Notes under the pieces: model-generated | What the model saw: the letters and a program-made list of their open reading frames with translations, nothing else | What the model was told of the DNA's origin: nothing | Databases searched by the model: none | Shown: positions 38,986 through 52,449 of the stretch, piece after piece | How positions within the stretch are numbered: the first letter of the stretch is position 1 | How the letters are laid out: every line of letters begins with the position of its first letter | Made by a program: the position numbers and the translations under genes | DNA from: Moniliella sp. 'wahieum' | Taxonomy: Eukaryota | Direction: 5' to 3' | Length of the DNA: 64,000 bases | Assembly: GCA_003971905.1 (NCBI GenBank) | Contig: RSEE01000048.1 | Location: 434,001 to 498,000 of the forward strand

Positions 38986-41245
38986 TCGGTCGTTGGCTTG
39001 ATAGGCAATGGGGATGGTATTGAAGAGCGATGCACTAGTAGTATGAGGTAGACCTGAGTAGACTGTGATATCAATCAGACAGAACCGACTATCTTCAGAC
39101 ACGGCCGAAGCTATGATCCCGAATCCCTGGCAGCTTTGACTGCGCACCAACCGCTGAAGGCACGGCCGGTGTTACCTGGCCTGCATGCCTGGCCCCGACA
39201 CCAGCGCCACGAAGGCAAATCCCTCAGAAACTACAGCCCAAGCTCGGCGCCGCTCCGCTGGCGACGACAAGGGAGTGGATGGCGAGAGCTGGCGGTGGGT
39301 GGCGGCGCCAGCGCGCCAGCGCTGGCACCGCCGCGAGCGCCTAGCGTTGCGGGACATTGAAGCGTATGCAACTGAGTGGCGGTATAGGGCAAGTGTCCGG
39401 ATATGACAAGAGCCACGACGTCTCCGAAGGACGGGTACCGGACGGTCGGCGATCCCAACGGCGCATATGTGGCTGGCTGCGGCCACTGAGTGTGAACATA
39501 GCGCGTCCAGCTGGAACGGGTTCCCACTCCTGAAAAAGCGTCCACGTCAGGGCACGGGCAGGCCCGGATGCAGCGCGCGTCATTGCTCTGTTGAGTGACC
39601 TTGGCGTCTGTGCCGAAAGTGCAAAGCCCCAAACAGGTGGCCTTGGAAGGCAGATCGCCACGGCGGCGCACGCGCTTCGCACAGTGCACTGGCGCCACAA
39701 CGCAGGTGTCTGGCAGTGGCACGTTGAGGTAAAAAAGATCGGCCAAGGTCTGTGGGCGCGTATCTCGGCGGATGTGCACCAAGCCAGCTACGCGAGCCAA
39801 GTCTTTGGGCGGGGCAAGTAGGAAGACAGCCCGCCCAACGGCCTCGAAGTCGACATTCGCACGTAGCACGCTCCCATACCCGCGACGCGGTCAATTCCCA
39901 AGGAACCGGCCAGCAGACTCCCCGGGCTCGGTACACAGAGCTTGCATGCGTGTAACAGCGTCCAGCAGGAGCGCAGCTGTGTGCGACCGGTGCAGGAATA
40001 CCAGCTTGTGGTACGCGCCCGAGGCGCACCGGTTGACCACTGGGGTCTTAGTCGTACCGTCGCATTTAGCCAAAGGGCGCGAGAGCCTGGTCGATAGTGG
40101 CGTCGGCGTCCGTCACAGGTCCCTTCGTCACAATATCGCCGAACCCGTACCGAGAGAACGCTTCACAAGGTGAATTCCCACTCCATCCAGTCAGTCACCC
40201 CAGCAGTGAATTGGGGCAGACTGCCGCCGTCGGCGAAAGATTCGATCTTGCCCACCGGTCACAGGGTGGGTCACTATGGGTGGCGGCCACCGACGAGCGG
40301 TTGATCGAGCCGCTTGGCGGGCAGTTAGCATGAGTTCGATGCGGTGGAGACCGAGCCAACGTCGCTGTGGGTCGCCATCTGATGTGCGGGTCACCAGAAC
40401 CAATCGAATAACAAAGGGGCTCGATGTCGAGAGAGGCGTTGTCGGTGGAGCTTACCGAGTGGATGAGTCCCGCCATGCGCTAGTGTATGAGGGATGCGTG
40501 GCAATCCAGGCGGGCAGACGACATTGACAGTGTCGCTTGCACAGAAATTGGTGGGCTCAAGCCTAAGAAGGGGGCAGGTGATGGGTTGATTCCATCAGAG
40601 CCCGCTATAGGGGGTAGAACATCATAGGGGGTTTACCGGTTAGGATAGAATAGCGCCGGAGGCGATCACGTGACACGTCACGGGACCGGCCCGATGCATG
40701 TGCGCGGGAGGGTAGTGCGAGGGTTCCCCTGCACGGCTCTCAAGTTGATTGGTTGCGTTTTACATGTGACGCTCGCCGGAGGAGTTGCGCTGGCAGCCGC
40801 TGCGATGCCCCCTGCTCGCTCCATCTCCCTCCTCTCGCTTCGGCCTGCTTTCCTATAGATGCTGCTTGAAGACGTGTGGCTCGCACTCAACGTTCAACCC
40901 GCCAGGGGGGTCACCGTCACCCATCCCATGGCTCCTGTGCCACACGACAGACAAACACGTGAGCTTTTGAACCCACTTTTGCCGAACTGATGGGTTCGTG
41001 AATATCGAGGGAAAGCGATGACTTCCTTGCGCTCGGATTTGGCCCTTACGTACTCGCTGCCCCGCAGACTGCCCATCTGCGGCCGGCGCAGAAATTTTTT
41101 GAAGCCAAACGAATCCACACGAGTATACTCGACTGAGTGTACTGAGTCTAGTCCTCACTGTGTACGAGTACTGGCCGCTGCGTTTTATTTGGGACAGAGC
41201 AAGCGGCCCGAGCGCTGGGCCTGCTTCATCCACCCAACCGCCACC

Positions 41246-43116
41246 ATGGTCTCTGCATCCAAGGCCAAGCGCCAAGCCGAGAAGGCAGCCTAGAACCCCA
41301 AAGACGCCAGCTCGTCCAAGACGTCCAAGTCCAAGTCTTCCAAGGCCTTCAAGAGCACCGATGCCACCTCCGCTGATGGCGCGGACGGTGCGGCCGACCA
41401 GATGAAGAAGTTGGAACTGGCGACGGACCGCAACGCGTCTGGTGTTCTTACATCCGACGTGCAGTCCCGCGACGTCCATATTGACAACTTCTCCATGTCT
41501 TTCCATGGCCGTCTTCTTCTCGATGGCACTTCCATCAAACTTAACTATGGCCAGCGGTACGGTCTGTTGGGAGAGAATGGTTCGGGAAAGACAACGCTGC
41601 TGGAGGCAATCAACGGGCGTGACGTCGAGATCCCAGAGCACATTGATATTCACCTTGTCCAGGGTGAGGTGGAACCATCGGAGATGAACGCGCTCGAGTA
41701 CTGCATTGCTTCCGCCAAGGAGAAGGTGGAGAAGTTGGAGAAGCGGATTGAAGATGTGTCGGCGACCGACGATGTGGACGAATTGCTGATTGAATCGATG
41801 TACGAGGAGTTGGATGCGCTCGACCCTTCCACCTTTGAGGCGAAAGCTTCTTCCATCCTCCACGGCCTTGGGTTTACGGTCCAGTCAATGAAGAAGCCTA
41901 CGAAGGACTTGTCTGGTGGCTGGCGTATGCGCGTCTCGCTCGCCCGTGCCCTGTTCATCAAGCCCCACATGCTTCTCCTTGACGAGCCGACCAACCACTT
42001 GGATTTGGGAAGTGTTGTGTGGCTGGAGGCCTACCTGGCCAAGTACCCCAACATTCTCGTCCTCACGTCTCACTCCGCTGACTTTATGGACGAGGTGTGC
42101 ACCAACATTATCGACCTGACGATGGACAAACAGCTGGTTTACATGGTGGAAATTATTCCACCTAAGTCCGGGTTAAAAAGGAGAATGAGGTGAACCAGAT
42201 GAAGGCGTACTACAAGCAGCAAGAGGAGATTGCAAAGATCAAGCGCTTCATTGCCTCAGCGGGTACGTATGCCAACCTGGTCAAGCAGGCCCAGTCCAAG
42301 CAAAAGATTATCGATAAGATGGAGGCTGCAGGCTTGGTTCAGCCAGTACGCAAGCCTAAAAAGTTGCGGTTCAACTTTGAGGATGTGGCACGCTTACCGC
42401 CACCCAACATCGCTTTCTCCGACTGGCCTTCTCCTACGGGCAAGAAGGAAGACTACTTGTACAAGGGTCTCGAGCTCGCAGTCGACATGGATTCGCGCGT
42501 TGCTATTGTTGGGGCCAACGGGACGGGTAAGTCAACCTTGCTCAATCTCATGACTGGTGCACTGTCTCCCGTCGAGGGAACCGTCAACCGCCACCCATCG
42601 ATCAAGTTGGCCAAGTACTCGCAACATTCGGCTGACCAGTTGCCCTACGACAAGAGCCCACTTGACTATATGGAATCCAAGTATTCTCAAAAGTTTCCCA
42701 ACAAGGATGTCCAGTTTTGGCGCGGCCAGATTGGCCGGTTTGGCCTGACAGGCTCCCACCAAACGTCGGAGATTCGTACGCTGTCGGATGGGTTGCGGAA
42801 TCGGGTGGTGTTCTCCCAGTTGGCCATGGAATCGCCCCACATTATTCTCCTGGACGAGCCAACGAACCATCTGGACATGACCTCGATTGATGCCCTTGCC
42901 CAGGCCATCAACGAATTCTCGGGCGGCGTGTTGATTGTCTCGCACGATTTCCGCCTGCTCAAGGCAGTGGCCAAGGACATTTGGGAAGTTCGCGATGACC
43001 GGATTGTCAACTTGACCAAGGAGGAAAACTTGGACATTGACGGTTACAGGAAACGCCTCCACGCCGAAACGGCTGAGCAGATCAAAAAGGCCGAGCTGCT
43101 CACCAAGCGCTCGTAA
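41246..43116 (+). CDS. ARB1: ABC-F family ATPase (ABCF2/Arb1)
   Basis: MVSASKAKR..., two ABC domains (GENGSGKTT, LSGGWRMRVSLA, LLLDEPTNHLD; GANGTGKST, LSDGLRNR), linker RFIASAGTYANLVKQAQSKQKIIDKM. In-frame TAG at 41291 and a shift/TAA near 42143-42165. Confidence 0.93.
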
Positions 43117-45728
43117 AAATGTCTACCTCCCCTCCTCCCCGGGACATCACAGTCCCACTGTAGCATTCCAACCCCGACATCTACCTATTGCTGCGGCACA
43201 TCAATACCATCCACGCTCTCTCTGCTTCCCTCCCCTCGACTCCTCCCTCTTATTCATCTTTCAATGCGGCCGCCATCCGTAATCCCATCATCATGACAGG
43301 TAATGCTGTGTGCCCTACTAAGCAATTACGACAGTGAGACCGTGTTTTACTGTCATGAGGTTTCAGAGTACGTTCGGTACTGAGTGTACTGAGCACTGAG
43401 CAGCGGGTTTCAGAATGAGTAACCATTGCAACAGACAAAGCGGGCACGGACAACCTCGACGGTGTGAACATGCGCTCAGCTACACCCCGTATCCTTCCGC
43501 CTGCGGCTCGCTCAGTTTCCGGGTAGCATGCCGGCTGTAATCTGCTTCTCTGATGCAACCCACTAGAGAGCGGGGAGGGGGTATAGACTGTGTGGGAAGC
43601 AATGACTATGATGGACGGTCGCCTGCGCGTACAGATACATGATGGAAAGGCAGAGTGGACTTGATACTGTCGAGAGTGGTGAATTCAAGACATGTACTTG
43701 GTCGTAGAGCGAGAGATCGTCTACCATAGAACGGCGGCCGTTCGGGGTTTGCGGGACCAAATCCGATCCGTAGGGGGGGGGGGGGTACCCTAGTATCTCT
43801 GGATGGCAGAGCGATCTCTTGGAAGAAGAACACCCTCCCAGCTTCACCAGCGAGCGAGCGGGAGAAAAACAGTGAGGCGGGGCGCCTGCCGGTCACACCG
43901 GACATCCGGGTTGCCCGGGTCCCGTTGTCTTAGTATAGTTTTGGTGCAACTGCCTCTGCCGCCAGTGTGCGCTTTGGATGTGCGACCAGCAGGCAGGCAT
44001 ACGTGCTGCGTCGCATCCACCGCCACTACCCTTTCGGAGAGACCACAGGGTATATAAAGTCCGTATGATCTCCTGACGCAGGCAGAATCCACATCATCGC
44101 CCCCCCTCCACGCACGCCTCTTCTCCCAAGAATCCTTCCTGCGAACGCGTTGTATTTTGGAGGGAGACCAACATGGCATTTGAGCAAGGCAAGCTGATCA
44201 CGTGCACAGTGCTCACACGCAGTGTAGGACTACCTGGTGGGTCACGTGATCGGCTGCGGCTGAGCTGATGCATGATGCGTCGACGGCGCCTACGAAAGCT
44301 GGGAACCCGAAAACGTGAAACCTACAACAACCCTACCGGCGCCTCTCGGGCTCAATTGGCTAGGGTTGGATTATGCATTATGCATTATGGCCGGGTGCTC
44401 TGGCGCACCTGAGGCCCTGAGGGCCTGAGCGAACGGAAAGCGATCCGGATGGCCGCCGGGTGCACTGATATGTAGATACGGGCTCTATCCGGCTCTATCG
44501 ACTCTATCGCCCAGCGGAGCAACCGAGGCAGCCCTGGGCGGACATAACATTTTCGGCGGCCACCCCGGCCACTGGCTCCAAGGCGGGGAAGAAGCGCGCC
44601 AACGCCCACAGCACGTTGCATCCTGACTGTGATGTGCCTTTCAGTGGGCTGGTGCCAGGCAAAGGGGTGCCCGCACAGGAAAGCACCGGCGCCAGGGGCA
44701 GGGCGTCTGTGTTCGGGACAAGCCGCTCTGGTTGCAAGACAGGGAAAGACGCAGTGCCCGTTTGCGAGGGAGCGATCAAGCCCACGAAGGCGTCAGCCCA
44801 GCGGCCTGCTCCCCCCTCGCCTTATCAGTGGCACTGAGCACACTGAGTCTCAGTACTGACGGTACTGACTTGTGATGCATGATGCATGATGGGCGGCTGA
44901 GCGCTGACCCACATTGCTGTTGCGAGGGGGGCGTCTACGCGGCCGGGCATCTGCCCCCCCAGGCGCAGCGAACCATTGTCCCGCGCAGTGTGACAAGCGC
45001 GGGCGAGATGCTCCGATGGGTTTTGGCCTGTTTGGGCGGTGCCTGAGCTTGGGGGAAGCACAGGGGAAGGGATGGGGTGACGGGTGACGTGTGACGCGTG
45101 ACGCCAGAATTACCCGCTCTTTGGTTCTTGGAGCTCGCCCCTCGCCTGTTGGCATGTCTGGCACTGAAAATTGATCATCCACCGCACCAGCCCACAGTAG
45201 ACGGTACGTCAAAATGGGTTTTGGGCGCCCCTCGCCAGCCGCCACAACAGGGCTGTGGTGCTTGATCGGTTCGATGATTGCAGAATGCGGCGCAGGGCGG
45301 GTGCTGGCCGGTGACCCGGTGACTAGGTGACTGGGGATGCAGGAGAGGACGATGAGATCGATGAGCAGCTCTATGAAGAGCACAGGCCCGGTGAAAGACC
45401 AAGTCCAGGCCTGCCTTGGAGCGCGTCTGCACTTATCGCAGTTTGACTTGTGGGCTGCCCGGACATGGTCACCACCGCCGCCATTCCCTTGACCGTCCCC
45501 AAGCCCGCCGTCCATCTCGCCACCACTTTGGCTGGATAGCCCTACGGTCTACTCGCCAGGCACCGCTCTGACAACAGCTTCAGCCCACTTATTGTCCCTG
45601 GCGGCGTGTTCCTTTTCACCCCCTGCACCTATATCTAACCCCCGGCAACACAGCCCCTCCCTCCTTTTTTCTCGTCCTCCACCGCCACCCTTTTCTTCCC
45701 CCTCCCTCCCTCCCTCTCTGCCGCCATC

Positions 45729-47774
45729 ATGGGTAAGGCCACCAAGGTCCTGACGAAGCTCGAGGTCCGGGGCGCTCCACCACCCGGGACGAGCTATGCC
45801 GAGGCCTTCCTCACCAACGAGGACTTGGCTCCTGTCCCGCCGACCTTCGTACTTGGAACACATTCGACTTTTGCGCCTTTTGGATTGCTGACGGCGCCAA
45901 CCTTAATACCTTTACCATTGCTGCCACTCGGTCACGGACGGCCTGACTTGGTGGCAGGGGCTGGCTTAGCGTCATTGTGGGCTACTCGATCATCGCGGGC
46001 GTCATTGTCCTCCAAAGTCGGCCATCGGCCATGTACCACATTGGTTCCCTGTGGTGACTCGGTACGTATCCTCCCTCTTCCTTGGAGCTTAAACGAGCTG
46101 CAAGGCGCTGCATGACGCATATGCCTGGCGAGGAAGGCGAGCCCGATTGAGCCATCGAGCAATCGTTGGACCGTACTTACTGACTAAACGCCTCCTTTTT
46201 TGTGTATTTCCCCACAGTGCATCGTTCGGTGTCTTTGGATCGATCTGGCCTGTTTTACAGCGTGCTGTCATGGCTTGCGTGTGGCAAGGTGTCCAGTCCG
46301 TACTTGGTGGCCAATGTGTTACTCTTGCGTTGCGGAGCATCTGGCCCTCCTACAAAACGCGTCCCAGTCTAGCCAAGGGGTTTATGAATGACTCGATCAC
46401 CGGCTATGGTGTGTTGTCGTTTGTCATCTTTAACCTGTTCACCTTTGGCTTCCTGCTTCCCAAGCCCCAAAATATCCGCTGGCTCTTCCGCGTCAAGGCG
46501 TTCGTTACTCCGATCGCCATGTTTGGTCTTATGATCTGGGTCTTGGCTGATGCCCATGGAGGCGGAAAGGCACTGCGTGAGCCTGGCACGGTCCATGGGA
46601 GCAAGCTCGCCTGGCTCTGGATTACGGGGTGCATGAACTGCGTTTCCAACATGGCTACGCTCTCGGTATGTTCACAGTCTTATGCTCCTACAATTCTACT
46701 TGGCGCCTCAACTCGCCAACTCGAGCGGTAACTGACGTGTGTTTTTGTTCCAGGTCAACATGGCTGACTTTGCACGTATGGCCACGTCAGTGAAAGCCAC
46801 CAAGTGGTCCCAGCTTCTGTCCATGCCCATCACCTTTGCTGTTACCAGTCTGATCGGTGTGATCATTTCCTCCGCGTCTGCAGAGATCTATGGCCACAAG
46901 TTCTGGAACCCGTTGGACGTGATGGGCGCCAAGCTGGACCAAGACCCGCACAAGTCCACTGCGCGGGCTGGCGTATTTTTCTTTGCCTCCTTCTTTGTTT
47001 GATCCAATGCGGCACCAACATTGCTGCTAACAGTCTGTCGGCCGGTAGCGACTTTACCGCCCTCTTGTCCCGTTACGTCAACATTCGCCGCGGTTCCATC
47101 ATTTGCTGGGTTGTGGGCTTTGTCTACTGCCCCTGGGTCATCATGAGCAGTTCGAGTCATTTCCAGACCGCTCTCAGTGCGTTTGCGGTCTTTTTGGCGT
47201 CGATTGCCGGGGTGATGGTGGCACACTACTACCTTGTGGACCGCGGTTACATCAATGTCGCTGCGCTGTACAAGGTGCACATGGCCGATGGTACCCGTTC
47301 GCCCTACATGTACGGGCCGGTGGGTATCCACTGGCGTGCATACCTTGCCTACCTGATTGGTCTGGGCGTCAACATGGCTGGCTTTATCCAGGTGGTCGGG
47401 AGCTTTGGTCCGAAGCCGTTGATCACTCGACTGGCTTGACCAACTTCTACTCGATGGCGTACATTTGGGGCTTCTTGATCTCGGGCTTGGTGTATGTGGG
47501 TGTGAACATCTTTTGGCCCTCGCAGTACTGTGTTCCACTCAAGGAGCGCAAGGTGTGGCGCGAGCCCGCGTCGGGCTCGTGGGAGATGGAAGATTGGTCG
47601 GTTCCCATCTGGAATGCCGATGCCACGGTTGGGAATGGGTGGGTGGACGAGGGGCGCTCGGCTATGGGAGGAGACATCGAGTCCGTCGGCCCAACCGAGT
47701 CGAAAGACAAGGATTTGCTCGACAAAGAAACGACCTACCTCGCCAAGCCTACCGTGTCCGAAGCCTTCTACTAA
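45729..47774 (+). CDS. NCS1-family nucleobase (uracil/allantoin/uridine) permease, Fur-type
   Basis: NEDLAPVPP, FWIADG, ASFGVFGSIWP..RAVMACVW.GVQ, NMADFAR, WNPLD, NIAANSLSAGSD..YVNIRRG and CPW. Introns 46062-46217 and 46666-46753. Confidence 0.9.
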
Positions 47775-48794
47775 ATCGCGTCGAAACACTGTTTTCCTCC
47801 GCGTGTGCGCGACAAACCAAGCCATGCGATGCCGGCATCCTGTTTCTTTATACGCCCTCTTCCTTATACGCCCCCGCCTCTTGGTCATCCTACTGTCTGC
47901 GAATTCTTGCCGTGGCTCCTCCACACTACCTCCTTCTTGAAACACTCTTGTTGAAAGACCCCCCTTGATCACTTTTATGATACACTTGCCATTGATATTG
48001 ATGATCCACTTGCCCCATCCAGCCCCGAAACATATGTTTAGATTGGCCTACCTCAGTATTCAGTGTTCACAGTACTCAGTACACTCGGTTTGAGAAACCA
48101 CTGGAGAGCAACCAGATATTGGTAGTGAGGTGCACTTTGTATACGTGTCTGAAGGCTTATATACAAACTTAACTACTACTCTTGTGGGGCTAGTAATAGG
48201 GACTATCTTCGTGCCCTCCAGGAAATAATGTGCATGTGGTCCTACGGGAAACAATGCACCAGAGGGAAACCACCTTCAGTTGGTCCCATTATTCCAGCGA
48301 CGCTTCATACCAAGAGCTCTCGGCGGCTTAGGGAAGGAGCTGAGAAACCCTGGTGCTGGGTCAACCAAATGACTGCGAGGATCTCGTAGCCCCCCCCCCC
48401 CAGCGAGAGATAATTATGATCGTTTTGACCTTGGAATGAGCCTACAATACAAGCTACCGCATTTCAACAAGTCCTCGCCACTGCAAAGCTCATTTTGCTC
48501 AGTAGCTGCCCCGTTCATTCTCTCCCCACTCCTGGACAAACTGCAGATGCTCTCACACGCCCTCTGTGGGCGCCATACGAGCTACCTAGCACGCACAATT
48601 CCAGCGAGATATGATCATCATAGTACATGGGGATTCGGCTGAGGTGTGAGCTGTGAGCGGTGAGCGGTGAAACAGTGTGTACAAGACGTGTAAGAGTAGT
48701 GATGGGATCGACGAAAATGCAGCCGCGTCGGGGGGCTAGGTTGAACGTTGATTGACATGGATCGAACGCTGGGTGGCGCAGCCACGCGGTCTGC

Positions 48795-51700
48795 TCAGAG
48801 TCCCACACGCTGGCCTTCCCAATTCGATGCAAACGAGGCAAGAAGATCGTTGAGCGAGGTTCGGGAGGGCGTGGTTGGCTCCAAGCCGGCCATGGGGGCC
48901 GTCCAACCGTCCAGAGCAGGCGGGCCGGCGTCGGCGCGTCCGTCGGGTTGGAGGGGGATGGGTGGTCCCGCGCCGGGTCCGGACCCAGCACCGTAGCTGG
49001 GGCAGCCGAGGCAGAAAACGGTGGGGCAAGGGCGGCCGTGTTGGTCCAGGGATTGGTGGAAGCGGAAAGCAGTTGCGCCAGTCGGAACGGGTCCGTCGCC
49101 GCAATCGGAGGCAAGGCGGGTGGACCCGGTGCAGGCACATGGGACACCATCGCTTCGGCTGGAATGCCCAACGCCGCTTGCACCCACAACTCGGGTGGTA
49201 GCACTACGTTTTCCTGCCCCCCCACCTCCTTCGGTCCACTCTCCCCTGGCCCACCCAGCTCCATCCCCATCCCCACAGGCGGCCATGCCATACCCGTGTC
49301 TGGGCCGAGCTAGGCGTCGAGCCCGATGGCGTCGAGCCCTGACCCACGCTTGATTTGCTCTGCATCAGGTCCGTAGGGGAAAAGGTGCGAGGGCACGGGA
49401 TTTGTACGGGGCGTAGCACCCGACAACAGGTCCCATCCGGCGGGTGGGTCGAACGGGTTGGGGGGATACAAAGAGGCGAGAGTGGGCATGCTCGTGTCGC
49501 CCGACGAGGAGGCAGCTGGGGCGCCGTCGGTCCCCGGTAGTCCGGCGCCCGAGGTAGCGTCGAGGCGCCGGCCATGGGAGGCCAAGTCCAGATATTGCCC
49601 ATGTCCAACCCCACATCCCGCTCCGGCGGAAGGGGAAGAAGGGATGCGCTGACGGACCATTGTCCAACGAGCGGGAGATCCGTCCGAGTTGTCCTTCGTC
49701 GGGTCGGGAGCGACCGAGAGGGGAGGCGACCGAGCCGGTTTGCTCGCTGCCGCCAGCGCGCGTCCGAGATATCGATGGGTTGGAAATTGTTAAAGAGGGC
49801 GACGACAGGGTCAGCAATTAGACTCGCTTCCAGATCTGCTCATCCTTCTCGGGCGAGCTGACGGATGAGCGCTTGGACCGCGGCAGTTTGCCTTGGTTGC
49901 TCGGACGGTCGCCGGCACCCGAAGCCGAGCGGGCGGCACGGATGCGCTCCAGACGTGCCCGCCCCAAGCGGGAGGCGAGATATCGCTGCCGCAGCTCCTT
50001 GCGCTGGTGCAGAGCCCATGGAGAAGCAACTGACACACCTGCGCCGAGCGATTGCCTTGCGAGCCCAACTCTTCGAAAAATTGCAGCGTGTCAAAGATTT
50101 TGGACGCAAACCAGTCGAGATCGCTCGAGGGCCAAGTATGCGGTCCGCTACTCCCGGCCGACGGGCCCATCACACTCGGCAGAGAGAAAGGGAACAGCAA
50201 AGGTCATGGAGGCGGCCAAAAGGTTGTCAGGATTCCACACGGCGCTGCGACAGACACGTTGATCGCTCGTTATGGCCCGAATGAAAGGGATGATCTCGAG
50301 CACCTTGCGAGCGTGCACCAGCGCCGCAAACCGCAGATCCTCCGGCGCATTCGGGTCATCCAGCCAGGGACGAGCCAACATCGATCGTAGGGTATACGCA
50401 TTGGACCACGTATGGGTAAGGGAGCCTGCTCGAAAAGGGTCGTTAAGAGCACGAATCGCCTCGCTATCGTCGCCGCACTGAGGCCAGAGGCGGCTTCGCT
50501 GGACTTGGGTGGGCTCCAATCGAGTAGCTGTTCTTGAGACAGTCCCACGGCCGACAGATACTCTTCAAACAGATACGCAATCAATGCGTCCAGCCCCGCG
50601 TCTTTTCGGCAGCTTCCTCCCGGGGAGCGTGGGCAGCACACTGACAATCCACCCGAAATCGAATATCAGTCTCAGGCCCATAAACGAGGAACGACAGCAA
50701 GCAAAACGTACCGCAAATGAAGACTCAGCTGAACAAGCACATCGTGTACACAAGGTAACCCACCCTCTTTCGGAAGGAAGCGTCGGACTCTGACGAGGGT
50801 ATGCGGTCGGTCAATAGAGCGCCGGTCTCAGGGTCAAAGTCGTCGTCCTTGCAAAACAAAGGCGGTTGCACGTTGAAAAACGCTGGGGTGACCGACCAGT
50901 CGCGTTGGAATTGCAGAGCTTCCCACCGATCCACAAAGACAAGCTTATGGGCCACGCGGCGGCGGTACTCTTTTTGTATATCCGTCAAGTGGCGCCAAGA
51001 AATATGTTGCTCGTCAAACAGGTGGATCGCCTGCCCGCGGCGGCAGCCGGCACCCACCTTCTCCCACAATAGGTCGCGCGCACCGAGGACCGAAGCGTAA
51101 AATGCAGAGATCAAGTCGGTGAGAACACGCGTGAAAGAGATCTCCTGGGCGCGTGGGATCATGCGCTGCCCCATGGGCAATGCCGAAGAGGAAAAGGGGC
51201 CGTAAGATTGCCATCACAAATCTCCATCGCCAGAGAATAGAGACGTGGGTGCTGGGCGTGGGAGGGACCGAGAAGGACTTTTCCCTCGCTGCCAGGCGTG
51301 ATTTGAAGACCGACAAGGGCGAGTAGTAACAGGAACTGCCACGACCGACCGAGGAACCGCGCCGGTATCGCCCTTGTCTGGCTTGGACGGGGGATACGCA
51401 AAGTGACGCCAAACACGGTTCAGATCGCCCATTGGAATCACGCCCACTGTTCCATTCAAAAAGGTGACATAGTAGTGAACGCCTGCTCAAAATCACTCGG
51501 AGGCGGCACACATCCGCCAACTCGGCCCACGTTACCGATCGTTCTCGCATCATGGCGCATACGTCGGCGTTTTCGAGGCACATGGCAAAGCGGGTAGGTT
51601 GGGTAGAAGACGCGCCCGAGTAGGCATTCCCTTCGCCTGATGCCGATGGGGCGGGAGCCGTCCAGCGGCCGGCGCGCCTTGGACATTGGGGAACGTGTTG

Positions 51701-52449
51701 ACTTCGGGAGGCAGGTAGCTGCCCGAGTCAAACAGGGTGGGCTGCCGGGCGAGCGCATGACCACAACCGGATTCTCTGTCTCCGTGTCGGCAGTGGCAGG
51801 GCGCATGGCCGCCGCCACATGGAGGGACTCGCGGGCCATACGAACCACATCGTAGAAAATATCCTTGGTCAACGTCTCCTTGGTAGCGCAGCCATGGGAG
51901 GGGAGTGGATCGTCGGAATCGCTTTCGTGGTCGGATCAGGCGGCCAGCTGCTTTGTCCCGATCGCGTTGCTCCACCACCTTGAGCAGCGAGTCGAGACGA
52001 TGCAACGTTCCCCGCACGCCCTCGAGTTGGCACGGACCTTATTGACATCCAGCGACGCGCCACTGTTGGTCGCCCCCGTCAGGGCAGCCGAAATGTCGGA
52101 GAGCGAGTCGAGGGCATAGCCCTGCGGGAGGGGTTCTTGCGTTTGCGGGGCCGGGGCACGGGATGGTCCGCACGCGGCTGCTGGGTCGCAGACGAGGACG
52201 GAGGCGCGGCAGGCGCAGTACTGGAGGTGGGCTGGTCGGGGTAGCAGAACTCGGTCGTGCTGCGAGCACACACGATGCACACGGTCGGATGCGGTCGCAC
52301 TTGGTCTTGCGCCGCCGGCATGGCTCGCAGTTTCGGCTGTAGCGCGGCGCTGTTGGGGGCGGGTGGGACGGCGACGGAGGAGGCGGACGTGTGGCGGCGG
52401 GGGCAGGGGGCGGGGGAAGGGAGCTGGGACTGGGCTCGAGGCTGGGCAT
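48795..52449 (-). CDS. Zn(II)2Cys6 fungal transcription factor; 3' end uncertain
   Basis: SRNCEPCRRRKTKCDRIRPCASCVL..(shift)..FCYPD binuclear cluster, followed by ~3 kb of frameshifted coding-like sequence (e.g. RRRVAHKLVFVDRW). Confidence 0.8.

Noticed and set aside
41291..42165. In-frame TAG (41291) and TAA (~42163) in ARB1 as stop-codon reassignment or A-to-I editing
   Set aside because: They correspond to probable Lys (AAG) and Tyr (TAC) codons, not to one amino acid or Trp. Other genes here terminate normally with TAG and TAA, so base-call errors are more likely.
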